A stretch of 40,000 nt of DNA from the NCBI RefSeq assembly GCF_900100715.1, contig NZ_FNCA01000006.1, positions 152,058 to 192,057 of the forward strand, in the 5' to 3' direction. The DNA comes from Methanolobus vulcani. GTDB lineage: Archaea > Halobacteriota > Methanosarcinia > Methanosarcinales > Methanosarcinaceae. The notes under the pieces were generated by a model that was given only the letters and a program-made list of their open reading frames with translations, searched no databases and had not been told where the DNA came from. The first letter of the stretch is position 1. Each line of letters begins with the position of its first letter. Below, piece after piece: positions 27,048 through 35,262 of this stretch. The translations under genes were made by a program, and so were the position numbers.

Positions 27048-27063
27048 TAAAAGTTCCGTTTTT
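27048..27063 (+). repeat. Partial extra copy of the 31-nt repeat's 5' part (TAAAAGTTCCGTTTTT)
   Basis: Identical to 18376-18391; lies 38 nt upstream of full copy 2. Confidence 0.8.
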
Positions 27064-27100
27064 CTTCTCAAATTTGCATAATAGTTAAAATTTGTAATAG

Positions 27101-27131
27101 AAGTTCGGTTTTTTGACGTTACCTATTACCC
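27101..27131 (+). repeat. 31-nt repeat, copy 2: AAGTTCGGTTTTTTGACGTTACCTATTACCC
   Basis: Matches 18379-18409 at 30/31 positions in the same orientation. Confidence 0.9.
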
Positions 27132-27267
27132 AAAATTAATTTGCTATAGGTATAATTCGAACCAAAGAGCTACGTTGATTTTATTTCATAATCTGCAAAG
27201 GCATTGTGAGAAACAGCATAATCATGTAGAAATTGCATTTTCATCTATCTTACTCTTCAAAAAAATC

Positions 27268-28266
27268 TCACCGGTACACCATATTCAAAAGCTTCAGCGG
27301 ATCCTTGCTTCTGTTGAACAAATGATATGCCAGTGGATATGCCAGAGGGCCCAGTATCTCAAAGAGTTTCCGGTTTCTTTGTGAGTGCTTCAATTTCTGG
27401 TGGAGATTCTCTCTTATCAGATTATCATAGGACTCTCCGGTCATGATACTTCTTGCAGCGAAGTTTGCACTCTGGAAAGCATATCTCATTCCAAATCCCC
27501 AGAGGTAATCCTGAAGGCCGCCTGCCTCGCCTATGAGCATTGCACCGTTGTCATCGTGGAGAGTTTTTCTGATCTCAAAGTATCCATAGCCTCCGAACTT
27601 CCTGCCGGAGTTTACTTCATCAGGGTCGTAATAGTCTGAAAAATAGTCAATGGTGTTACTTAGAAAACTCTCAGAATCCCGCAGGTTCTTATTGTCAAAA
27701 ACCGTTGCAATGGTAGCTTCTCCATTCTTGATGAGCAGATATGAGTAGAAACCTTTTGCGATATCATTACCAAAAGCCATGTGGTAATTATCAGGACTGT
27801 TAGTTTGGAATTTGATTCCTTTTGCAAACATGTTCCCTTTTTCCGGGCCAGTTGCAATCACATGAATTGGTGTATTCTCGTCAGGTTTAATTCCATAGTG
27901 AATATTTACACCGAGATCCTTTGCCTGCTCAAACAGACATGTATCAAGGCAATCATCAGCCGTGCCACGTTTTACTAAATAACAGGCATTATCGCCTGTG
28001 AGAGTGCGTATCTTATCAGAATAATGAAGGTCAAGTTCAGACACGGGGACATAATCAAATGACAGGTCAATTCCGAACGATTTTAGTTCATCAAGCACAT
28101 CAGTTTCTTCGGACCAGTTCTCTATTCCCTGCCAGTCACTGTTAAACCTTTTACCAGTGACTTGCTTTTTCTCATATATATTGACATTATAACCATTCTT
28201 GCTAAGGATGATGGCACATGTAAGACCGCTTATTCCACCACCAAGAATGTTTATTTCCTTATTCAT
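27268..28266 (-). CDS. FAD/NAD(P)-binding oxidoreductase (geranylgeranyl-reductase-like flavoprotein)
   Basis: N-terminal Rossmann motif INILGGGISGLTCAIILSKNGYNVNIYEK; 332 aa. Confidence 0.65.
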   Translation of the reverse strand: MNKEINILGGGISGLTCAIILSKNGYNVNIYEKKQVTGKRFNSDWQGIENWSEETDVLDELKSFGIDLSFDYVPVSELDLHYSDKIRTLTGDNACYLVKRGTADDCLDTCLFEQAKDLGVNIHYGIKPDENTPIHVIATGPEKGNMFAKGIKFQTNSPDNYHMAFGNDIAKGFYSYLLIKNGEATIATVFDNKNLRDSESFLSNTIDYFSDYYDPDEVNSGRKFGGYGYFEIRKTLHDDNGAMLIGEAGGLQDYLWGFGMRYAFQSANFAARSIMTGESYDNLIRENLHQKLKHSQRNRKLFEILGPLAYPLAYHLFNRSKDPLKLLNMVYR

Positions 28267-28712
28267 TTTAGCACCTGATCAACATGTCTAAGTACACTTC
28301 ATGGAAGATTCTGTGCATATAATAACATAGGTATTTAAAAGGATTTTGTGTTTGTTTGAATTGTTCGTTTTAGTCTCTTTTTTCTGTTCCATTAGGACGA
28401 TAAGTATACATACAATAATTAATAGAACTTTTAGTAATAACTGTGAATTATAACGTTTCAATATTGAAATTGTCAGGAAAGAATTTGATAATCCTGTATA
28501 TCAGGAAATCAGATGCTATTGTATAGGAGCTTTCTTTTTGCACTAAAAGGTCTTCCTGCACGAATTAAAAAATGTAAAAACAGTAAGGATGAGAAATCCA
28601 TAAAAACGCTCTAAATCATCGAGCAACATTCTCAGCAAATATTTGAATTGGATAATATCTTCGAAAATCTTATTGAATTTACAGAGAAGGTTCAAAGGGA
28701 GTTGAACAAAGT

Positions 28713-29942
28713 ATGAAACTAAATTCCAGGTCCATATGTTCTTTTTTGTTAACGCTGTTAATTATCTCTGCAGGAGTTCCCACCGTTCAGGCAGAGTCTT
28801 CAGGTGATGAATGTCTGAGGGCGGTGGTGGAAGATATAAGTCCGAGTTCGGTAGGCAGGGATGAGGAATTCACGGTAGGAATAAGCCTTGAGAACTGTGG
28901 TACCCAGGTTCCTGAGAATATTACGTTTGAAATCATCAGCGTCCCATCGGATATCATAGTAATTGAGGACCTTGTAGCCTATATTCCTCAATTCGTATAC
29001 CAGAATAGTGAAAGGCAGTTGAGATACCACATGAGAACAACTCCTGATGCCACACCTGGTCCTCACATCATTAAAATGAAGCTGACATACGGAACTGATA
29101 GTGTAAAAAGGACAGAATATTATGAAGTTGAAGTAGTGATAACAGGTGAGCATGCAGAGCCACGGATATCATCCATCAGCACAGATCCTGAATATATCTA
29201 TGAGGGAGATACGGTTGACCTGGATCTTGAGATCGAGAATTTTGGTGAATCCATAGCAAAATCAGTAGTGGTTAACTTGAACCATGGCTTTAAAGGCATC
29301 ACAAGTTCTACAATTGGTGCCATTGCACCTGAGGACAAGCAAACCGCACTTTTCAAGTTCAAGGCAAATAACTCAGGAACCTTTGATATCCCTGTTATCA
29401 TAGAATATGAAGATGATTACGGCATTCAGAAAGATGAATATGATATTAAGATAACCGTGCTTGACAGGAAAGGCAGCCTGAACCTTGCGTCTGTAAAGGT
29501 CAATCCGGTCCTTCCCCAAAAGGATGATACCGTGGAACTTACCATGAGGATCGAGAACTCTGGTGACAGGACCATCAACTCGATACGGGTCTATGCAGAT
29601 CATCCATTCCAGGGACTAAAAGAATCATTTATCGGAACTCTTGATCCTGACGAGGACGGACCTGCTGTGTTCACTTTTGTGGCAGATCAGTCAGGAGAGT
29701 TCGAGATTCCGGTGACCATCACGTATATCGATGATTTTGGCGAGGAACAGGTCAAGACGAAGGTCAATGTCATAATCATGAAACAGGATGATGGTGCAGG
29801 AACAATTATTATTGTATTGCTACTTCTGGCTGTAATTGGTGGACTGGCTTACAATAATTACAGAACGAAAAAGTCAAAGGATGAGATTATCAAGCAGCTA
29901 ATGAAAGGCGGCAGCAGCCCCGCTGAAGATACAGAAGAATAG
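28713..29942 (+). CDS. Secreted, C-terminally anchored surface protein with three CARDB/COG1361-like repeats
   Basis: Signal peptide (LLIISAGVPTVQA). Three ~100-aa repeats are visible (e.g. DTVDLDLEIENFGESIAKSVVVNL... versus DTVELTMRIENSGDRTINSIRVYA...). A C-terminal TM helix is followed by a basic stretch. Confidence 0.65.
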   Translation: MKLNSRSICSFLLTLLIISAGVPTVQAESSGDECLRAVVEDISPSSVGRDEEFTVGISLENCGTQVPENITFEIISVPSDIIVIEDLVAYIPQFVYQNSERQLRYHMRTTPDATPGPHIIKMKLTYGTDSVKRTEYYEVEVVITGEHAEPRISSISTDPEYIYEGDTVDLDLEIENFGESIAKSVVVNLNHGFKGITSSTIGAIAPEDKQTALFKFKANNSGTFDIPVIIEYEDDYGIQKDEYDIKITVLDRKGSLNLASVKVNPVLPQKDDTVELTMRIENSGDRTINSIRVYADHPFQGLKESFIGTLDPDEDGPAVFTFVADQSGEFEIPVTITYIDDFGEEQVKTKVNVIIMKQDDGAGTIIIVLLLLAVIGGLAYNNYRTKKSKDEIIKQLMKGGSSPAEDTEE

Positions 29943-29953
29943 AGGTATCCGGG

Positions 29954-31165
29954 ATGATAGATGATATCAGAGTTGGAGTCCTCATTGCAAGCAGCAGCAT
30001 AAAGCGAGGAAATAAAAAGACACTTTTATTCATTGTCTTTGTTCTTTCCCTCATTTTTATGAACCTTGTATTCCTCCCATCAATGATAGGAGGAATGACT
30101 GTCCTCTTTACCGGCATCATGCAGGACTACCCTTACGGGGATATTGTGATCGAACCGACGGGTGATAACACTTACATCAACAATGCCGATAATGTCTTGC
30201 AGAAGGTTCGGGCTGTTGAAGGAGTAAGGGCTGCAACCAAAAGACTGGATGTGGGAGCATCTATCGAACACAAACAGAATGTTGTGGGAGTGACTATAAC
30301 AGGTGTAATTCCCACAGAAGAATATGAGATCTCACAATATCCGTACATTATCAAAGAAGGGGATTTTCTGGGAGAACTTTCCCGGGATGAGATCATCATC
30401 GGCTCTATTATCTCAGGTACAAGTACAACATTTGGTGAAATTTATGATGATCTTGGTGAAACCAGAGTGGGATCACTTGTTGATGTAACATATAGCAATG
30501 GTGTGAAAAGGACCTATAAGGTCAAAGGTATCATGGAAGGTAATTTCGAACTTGTAGACCTGAATGCTATGGTTCATTACAAGGAGATAGAAGATGTATA
30601 TGGTCTGGATAAGGGCAAAGCTACCAGTGTGGTTGTAAGGATCGATGAGCCGGGCACTGAAGATGAAATGAAGGCCAAGATAAGGGAAGCGGGAGTGAAC
30701 GAGCAGGTATTCACATGGGCTGATAAATCGGAGACACTTATCAGGCAAGCACTGCAAAGTCTGGGTGCCATTGATGTCATGTCAAAGTTCGTAGGGCTTA
30801 TAGTGGGTGCAGCATTGATACTTATTATAATCTACATCAATATACTGAACAGAAAAAAAGAGATAGGAATACTGAAGGCTGTGGGTATAACCCCAAGATC
30901 GATAGTGCTGTCCTATGCGTTCCTCAGTATGTTCTATGTTTCCCTGGGAATCTTTGCCGGGCTGATACTGTACCTGTCACTGATGTTTTACTTCCAGGCA
31001 AATCCTGTAGTATTCTACGAGACTATGGAAATAAGACCACAGATAGATGTAATGCTGGTCATCCAGAGTATTGTTACCATGCTTACTCTGTCAGTGATAG
31101 CCGGAACGTTGCCTGCATGGAGTGTGTCAAAGGAGAGCATACTGAAAGCCATATGGGGACGCTGA
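29954..31165 (+). CDS. ABC transporter permease, FtsX/MacB-like
   Basis: N-terminal TM helix, then a ~220-aa extracytoplasmic domain, then three C-terminal TM helices containing the KEIGILKAVGITPRSIV motif. Confidence 0.8.
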   Translation: MIDDIRVGVLIASSSIKRGNKKTLLFIVFVLSLIFMNLVFLPSMIGGMTVLFTGIMQDYPYGDIVIEPTGDNTYINNADNVLQKVRAVEGVRAATKRLDVGASIEHKQNVVGVTITGVIPTEEYEISQYPYIIKEGDFLGELSRDEIIIGSIISGTSTTFGEIYDDLGETRVGSLVDVTYSNGVKRTYKVKGIMEGNFELVDLNAMVHYKEIEDVYGLDKGKATSVVVRIDEPGTEDEMKAKIREAGVNEQVFTWADKSETLIRQALQSLGAIDVMSKFVGLIVGAALILIIIYINILNRKKEIGILKAVGITPRSIVLSYAFLSMFYVSLGIFAGLILYLSLMFYFQANPVVFYETMEIRPQIDVMLVIQSIVTMLTLSVIAGTLPAWSVSKESILKAIWGR

Positions 31166-31167
31166 AA

Positions 31168-31854
31168 ATGATCAAGGTGAAGAACCTCAAAAGGTATTAT
31201 GGTTCAGGCAGCACGACTGTAAAGGCTCTAAATGGCGTTTCTTTCGAGATCAATAAAGGGGAATTTGTTGCTATCATGGGTGCTTCGGGAAGCGGTAAAA
31301 CCACCATACTGAGAATCCTTGCGCTGCTTGATGATGCAACAAGTGGTGAATATACTATCCGGGGCCTGAAAGTCTCCAGCCTACCTGAAGCGGAAAGAAG
31401 CTATTACCGGCTGACACAGGTTGGTTATGTGTTCCAGGACTACGCCCTTATCAATGAGATGACCGCCGCCGAGAATGTGTACATTCTTTCCATGATGGAA
31501 GGTAAATCTAAGAAGGAATCCTATAAGGTTGCCCTTGAAGCACTGGAAAAGGTTGGTCTTAAGGACAAACATGACAGGATTCCAGATGAGCTATCAGGCG
31601 GAGAAAAGCAAAGGGTGGCCATTGCAAGGGCAATAGCCAAAAAACCTGACATAATGTTTGCCGATGAGCCCTGTGCAAACCTGGACACCAGGAACTCGGA
31701 ACAGGTGCTGGATGTGTTCAAGGACCTGAACGATAATTACGGCCAGACCATTGTGATGGTGACGCATGAGCCGTGGCATGTGAAGTATGTTGACAGGGTG
31801 ATAACCTTCAAGGATGGGGTTATGGTCGGCGATGAGTGGGTGGAAGATAGATAA
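31168..31854 (+). CDS. ABC transporter ATP-binding protein (MacB/LolD-like)
   Basis: Walker A GASGSGKTT, signature LSGGEKQRVAIARA, Walker B IMFADEP. The ATG at 31168 (MIKVKNL) follows the permease stop. Confidence 0.9.
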   Translation: MIKVKNLKRYYGSGSTTVKALNGVSFEINKGEFVAIMGASGSGKTTILRILALLDDATSGEYTIRGLKVSSLPEAERSYYRLTQVGYVFQDYALINEMTAAENVYILSMMEGKSKKESYKVALEALEKVGLKDKHDRIPDELSGGEKQRVAIARAIAKKPDIMFADEPCANLDTRNSEQVLDVFKDLNDNYGQTIVMVTHEPWHVKYVDRVITFKDGVMVGDEWVEDR

Positions 31855-31911
31855 TATCCAAACCAATCAAACTTTTAATGGTTAGGAAAAATCTATCAAA
31901 CCTGGAAGAAG

Positions 31912-33165
31912 TTAATCAGTTTCCACTTCCACGGGATGTTCAGAAATCATAGGCGTTTTCTCAATGATTCCCATCACATTGACAATTCCAAATACAATTC
32001 CAAGACATATTCCTGTAATTCCAAGGAAAGCATAGGCATCATAGAGTGTTCCTGTTTTCAGAATTGGCTGGATCACTAGTGGACTTGCCAGTTGTCCGAG
32101 GAAAAGCACAGTGGTAAATCCGGAAAATATCTTTCCGCGTGAATCCTCGGGTGCAATCCTTCCAAGCCAGCTAAGGTTTGTGGTGTTTATGATACCAAAA
32201 GCAATTCCTGTTATTATCAGTCCGGCTATAAGCGTAAGCATATCAGGTGCTATCGAGAGAATGAATACGCCTGCACCCATTATTATGAAGAAGAAAAGAT
32301 TCATCTTCATTTCTGTGAGGAATCCTGATACTTTTACCTGTCCAAGCGCTCCAACAGTTCCGAAAAGTCCTGGAATTGATATCAAGGCACCAATTAGAAG
32401 TGCTGATGTTATTCCTTTTTCGTCCAGTACGAATGGAAGTTTTGTTGGTACTGAGAAGAACAGCACCATTAGTGTGAATGTAGCAACATAGATAAGAGCA
32501 ATACTTTTGAGTGGCAGTTCCTTTTCTTTAAAGTCTTTTTGAACATTTTCGTTTCTATTATGTGAAGCATGTTGCTCATTTTTCTTCTTGCCGCTAAGGG
32601 AGAGCATAGCTCCCGGAATTATCAGTAGTGCGATAAGGTAGATATAAAAAGGTGCATGCCAGCTGATATCTGCAAGAGCACCGCCTGCTACTTCAAGAAC
32701 CACGGCTCCAAAACCCATACATGCAGATTGCAGTCCTATCTTTTTCTTAAGCTCGGCACCGGAATAGTTGTCTGCTAAAAGGGCGGTGGCACATATTGTC
32801 ATTCCTGCGATACCGATTCCAAGTAATATCCTGAAGGCAAGTATGAGGTAGAGTGAAGTAATAAAAGCACCTGTGGCTCCTACAAGCGCAAAGATAGCAA
32901 GTGCTATCATGAGCATGTTCTTCCTGCTGTATTTGTCAGCAAGTATTCCTACGAAAGGTGAACTGATGATAATTCCAAGTGCAGGAAGTGTGACTACCAT
33001 GGAAACCAGAAGACCTGCATCAGGCACGTCAGCAAAAAAATTCAGCATCTCCGGCAGTGCCGGTGCAACAGCAGCTGAACCCATGATGGTAAGCATGGAT
33101 ACACTTAGGATGACTATGAGCTTTAAAGTCTCATTTTTTTGTTTTATGTCGGACTGATCATTCAT
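31912..33165 (-). CDS. MFS transporter
   Basis: About 12 hydrophobic segments. The ATG at 33165 overlaps the marR stop in an ATGA arrangement, which suggests translational coupling. Confidence 0.8.
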   Translation of the reverse strand: MNDQSDIKQKNETLKLIVILSVSMLTIMGSAAVAPALPEMLNFFADVPDAGLLVSMVVTLPALGIIISSPFVGILADKYSRKNMLMIALAIFALVGATGAFITSLYLILAFRILLGIGIAGMTICATALLADNYSGAELKKKIGLQSACMGFGAVVLEVAGGALADISWHAPFYIYLIALLIIPGAMLSLSGKKKNEQHASHNRNENVQKDFKEKELPLKSIALIYVATFTLMVLFFSVPTKLPFVLDEKGITSALLIGALISIPGLFGTVGALGQVKVSGFLTEMKMNLFFFIIMGAGVFILSIAPDMLTLIAGLIITGIAFGIINTTNLSWLGRIAPEDSRGKIFSGFTTVLFLGQLASPLVIQPILKTGTLYDAYAFLGITGICLGIVFGIVNVMGIIEKTPMISEHPVEVETD

Positions 33166-33638
33166 TGCTGATCCTTTCCGGGAAATCCTTTCCATTTTTT
33201 ATCACCGTTTTCATATGCAGCTTTGTAACTGTTTTCCGATATTCTGTAAAGTAATAATTTTGCCTGTTTTCTCTCTTCATCAGAGAGTCCTGAGAATGCA
33301 GCTTCTTCCCATTCTCTGTCTATTTTCACGACATCAGGAATGAGTTTATTACCTGTTTCCGTCAGGTAAAGCTTTACAGCCCTGCGGTTGTTTTCATCCG
33401 TGATACGCTTGACAATGCCCTTCTCTTCAAGTACATTGACCGCCCGTGCAATACTTCCTTTGTCAATGAGCAGTATTCCGGCAAGATGATCCTGCGTGAT
33501 ACCCTGCTTATCAGCGAGCACCATGAGTACGAAGAACTGACCTGCTGAGAGACCTAGTTCTTTCATTTTGCGGTTTATTCTCACAAAATGACTGCGATAG
33601 GTCATTGAGATAAATGCTCCGAGAGGGATATCGTCCAT
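33162..33638 (-). CDS. MarR family transcriptional regulator
   Basis: wHTH LSAGQFFVLMVLADKQGITQDHLAGILLIDKGSIARAVNVLEEKGIVKR. The ATG at 33638 (MDDIPLG) has GAGGAG upstream; the track start at 33683 is less likely. Confidence 0.8.
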   Translation of the reverse strand: MDDIPLGAFISMTYRSHFVRINRKMKELGLSAGQFFVLMVLADKQGITQDHLAGILLIDKGSIARAVNVLEEKGIVKRITDENNRRAVKLYLTETGNKLIPDVVKIDREWEEAAFSGLSDEERKQAKLLLYRISENSYKAAYENGDKKWKGFPGKDQQ

Positions 33639-33653
33639 ATTTTTCTCCTCATA

Positions 33654-33690
33654 ATTGACAGTTGCCAATACAACTGTTGTCATGACAACA
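33654..33690. promoter_or_regulatory. Candidate MarR operator: inverted repeat plus perfect 16-bp palindrome
   Basis: ACAGTTG (33658-33664) and CAACTGT (33671-33677) form an inverted repeat. TGTTGTCATGACAACA (33675-33690) is a perfect palindrome. ATTGACAG recurs at 33654-33661 and 33718-33725. Confidence 0.45.
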
Positions 33691-33780
33691 ATAATGATAG
33701 GTTGAGTATTTAAGCATATTGACAGACTCTCAAATAAAAATCAAAACTTACAAGGGCTTTAATAATCATACAATAAATTC

Positions 33781-34302
33781 ATGAAAATAGCCATTCTCCT
33801 TTTTGATAATTTCACTGCACTTGATATAATAGGTCCATATGAAGTTCTGGCCAAAATGCCGGGAGCTGAAATCTCTTTTGTCGGACACGAAAAGAGAGAA
33901 TATGCAGATTCCTATGGACTTAAGCTTTCAGCCGGATATTCAATAGATGAACTGACGCAGGCCGATGTATTATTAATTCCGGGAGGATTTGGTATAGACA
34001 AACTACTGGATAATAGCGAAATACTTGACTGGATACGCAAGGTTGACAGTACCACAAAATGGATCACATCGGTGTGCTCTGGTTCCCTGCTGCTGGCGCA
34101 GGCAGTATTACTGGACGGAAAAAAATGCACTACACACTGGAGACGCAAGGAACAATTGCGTCAGTACAATGTTAATGTTGTTGATGAGAGATATATTAAA
34201 GATGGCAAGTACATTACATCAGCCGGTGTTTCTGCAGGAATTGATATGGCATTGTATCTTGTGAGTAAGATTGCAGGAGAAATGGCTGCTAAGATGATAT
34301 AG
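33781..34302 (+). CDS. DJ-1/PfpI family protein (class I glutamine-amidotransferase-like); ends at an in-frame TAG with a conserved-looking continuation to 34389
   Basis: Nucleophile-elbow Cys in WITSVCSGSLLLA. After the TAG at 34300-34302 the same frame reads LGIEYDPQPPYDCASPEKVSAEMLERLK, then TAA at 34387-34389. Confidence 0.8.
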   Translation: MKIAILLFDNFTALDIIGPYEVLAKMPGAEISFVGHEKREYADSYGLKLSAGYSIDELTQADVLLIPGGFGIDKLLDNSEILDWIRKVDSTTKWITSVCSGSLLLAQAVLLDGKKCTTHWRRKEQLRQYNVNVVDERYIKDGKYITSAGVSAGIDMALYLVSKIAGEMAAKMI

Positions 34303-34420
34303 CTTGGAATTGAGTATGATCCTCAGCCGCCATATGATTGTGCTTCACCGGAGAAGGTATCAGCAGAGATGCTGGAAAGGTTGAAGTAATTTCATTGAAT
34401 ATTGTCAGGAAGAAAAAATT

Positions 34421-35137
34421 TTAGTTACTTTTCCGTTTCTCAAAGCATTTCCTGAACTTCTCAAGTGAAAAAGGCTTTCCATGTCCCGGATAAAAAATGC
34501 TGCAGCCAGTTGAAAGAAGTTTCTCCCAGCTTTTGATAAGATCCTCTTCATCATTAGCAAAAGGCGGATAAACAGTTCCAGGAATCAGATTAAAAAGCGT
34601 ATCACCAACAATTGCGGACTCATTATTGATTATCACGCAAATGGAACCGGAAGTATGGCCCGGTGTGTGAATTATACTGACAGATAGTTCAGGTTTAGAA
34701 AGGTCATATTCTTCTTCAATTATAATGTCCGGTTCAACAGGAGTAAATCTGCCGCTCCTGGAAAATAATTTATTTCCGGCTTTACTGAGGATCTTAAAAG
34801 GCAGCATTGTACCTTCAGGAAAAAGTGTATATCCTTTTCTCAGGTAAACTACTTCATCTCGGTGACTTAAAACCTTTGCACCGCTTTTTTCTTTTATCTC
34901 AGCAAGATGTCCTACATGATCGTAATGGGCATGGGTAACGATAATGTAATCTATATCAGTAATTTGAAGATTGTTTTGTTTTAGAGCTTGTTCTAAATTG
35001 TGAATGTTTTTGGAAGAACCGGTATCGATAAGAAAAACTAAATCAGGATTTGATACAAGATAAGCATTGGATTTTCCCATGTGAATGGGAGTTATGTTGT
35101 AAGTTTTGCTTTGTTCTGTCATTAAATCCCACTTCAA
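34421..35137 (-). CDS. MBL-fold metallo-hydrolase
   Basis: Contains the HxHxDH motif (THAHYDHVGH) and a later HTPGHT. 238 aa, with an alternative start at 35122. Confidence 0.85.
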   Translation of the reverse strand: MKWDLMTEQSKTYNITPIHMGKSNAYLVSNPDLVFLIDTGSSKNIHNLEQALKQNNLQITDIDYIIVTHAHYDHVGHLAEIKEKSGAKVLSHRDEVVYLRKGYTLFPEGTMLPFKILSKAGNKLFSRSGRFTPVEPDIIIEEEYDLSKPELSVSIIHTPGHTSGSICVIINNESAIVGDTLFNLIPGTVYPPFANDEEDLIKSWEKLLSTGCSIFYPGHGKPFSLEKFRKCFEKRKSN

Positions 35138-35262
35138 TATGAGATTGTTTTGATATTACAAAAAATATTGTGGTTGATCATTAATTGTTAAAAAATTTAA
35201 AAATCTGGAATATAGATGCTTAAGAGCATCTATTATTCTTTATATTCTCTTAGACGTAATTG

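Larger units (their letters stand above)
24406..27131. mobile_element. AT-rich island carrying stand-alone Cas1 plus a PD-(D/E)xK protein (possible degenerate or minimal casposon-like element)
   Basis: It begins directly after the hcp stop and ends at 31-nt repeat copy 2. Sampled GC is ~27-36%, against ~43% in ppsA. A weak imperfect inverted match links 24430-24445 (GGAATAGGCACACGTG) to the reverse complement of 27115-27131 (GGGTAATAGGTAACGTC). No PolB and no clear target-site duplication were found. Confidence 0.35.

Noticed and set aside
18379-27131. The two 31-nt direct repeats as attL/attR of one 8.7-kb integrated element.
   Set aside because: The interval contains ppsA, fen, a ferredoxin gene and hcp. 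These have normal core-like GC and are housekeeping functions. Only the segments next to each repeat are AT-rich, so two separate islands are the more economical reading.
27175-27384. A 69-aa plus-strand ORF at the right flank of the Cas1 island.
   Set aside because: It overlaps the 3' end of the oxidoreductase gene antisense for about half its length, and has no RBS or recognisable domain.
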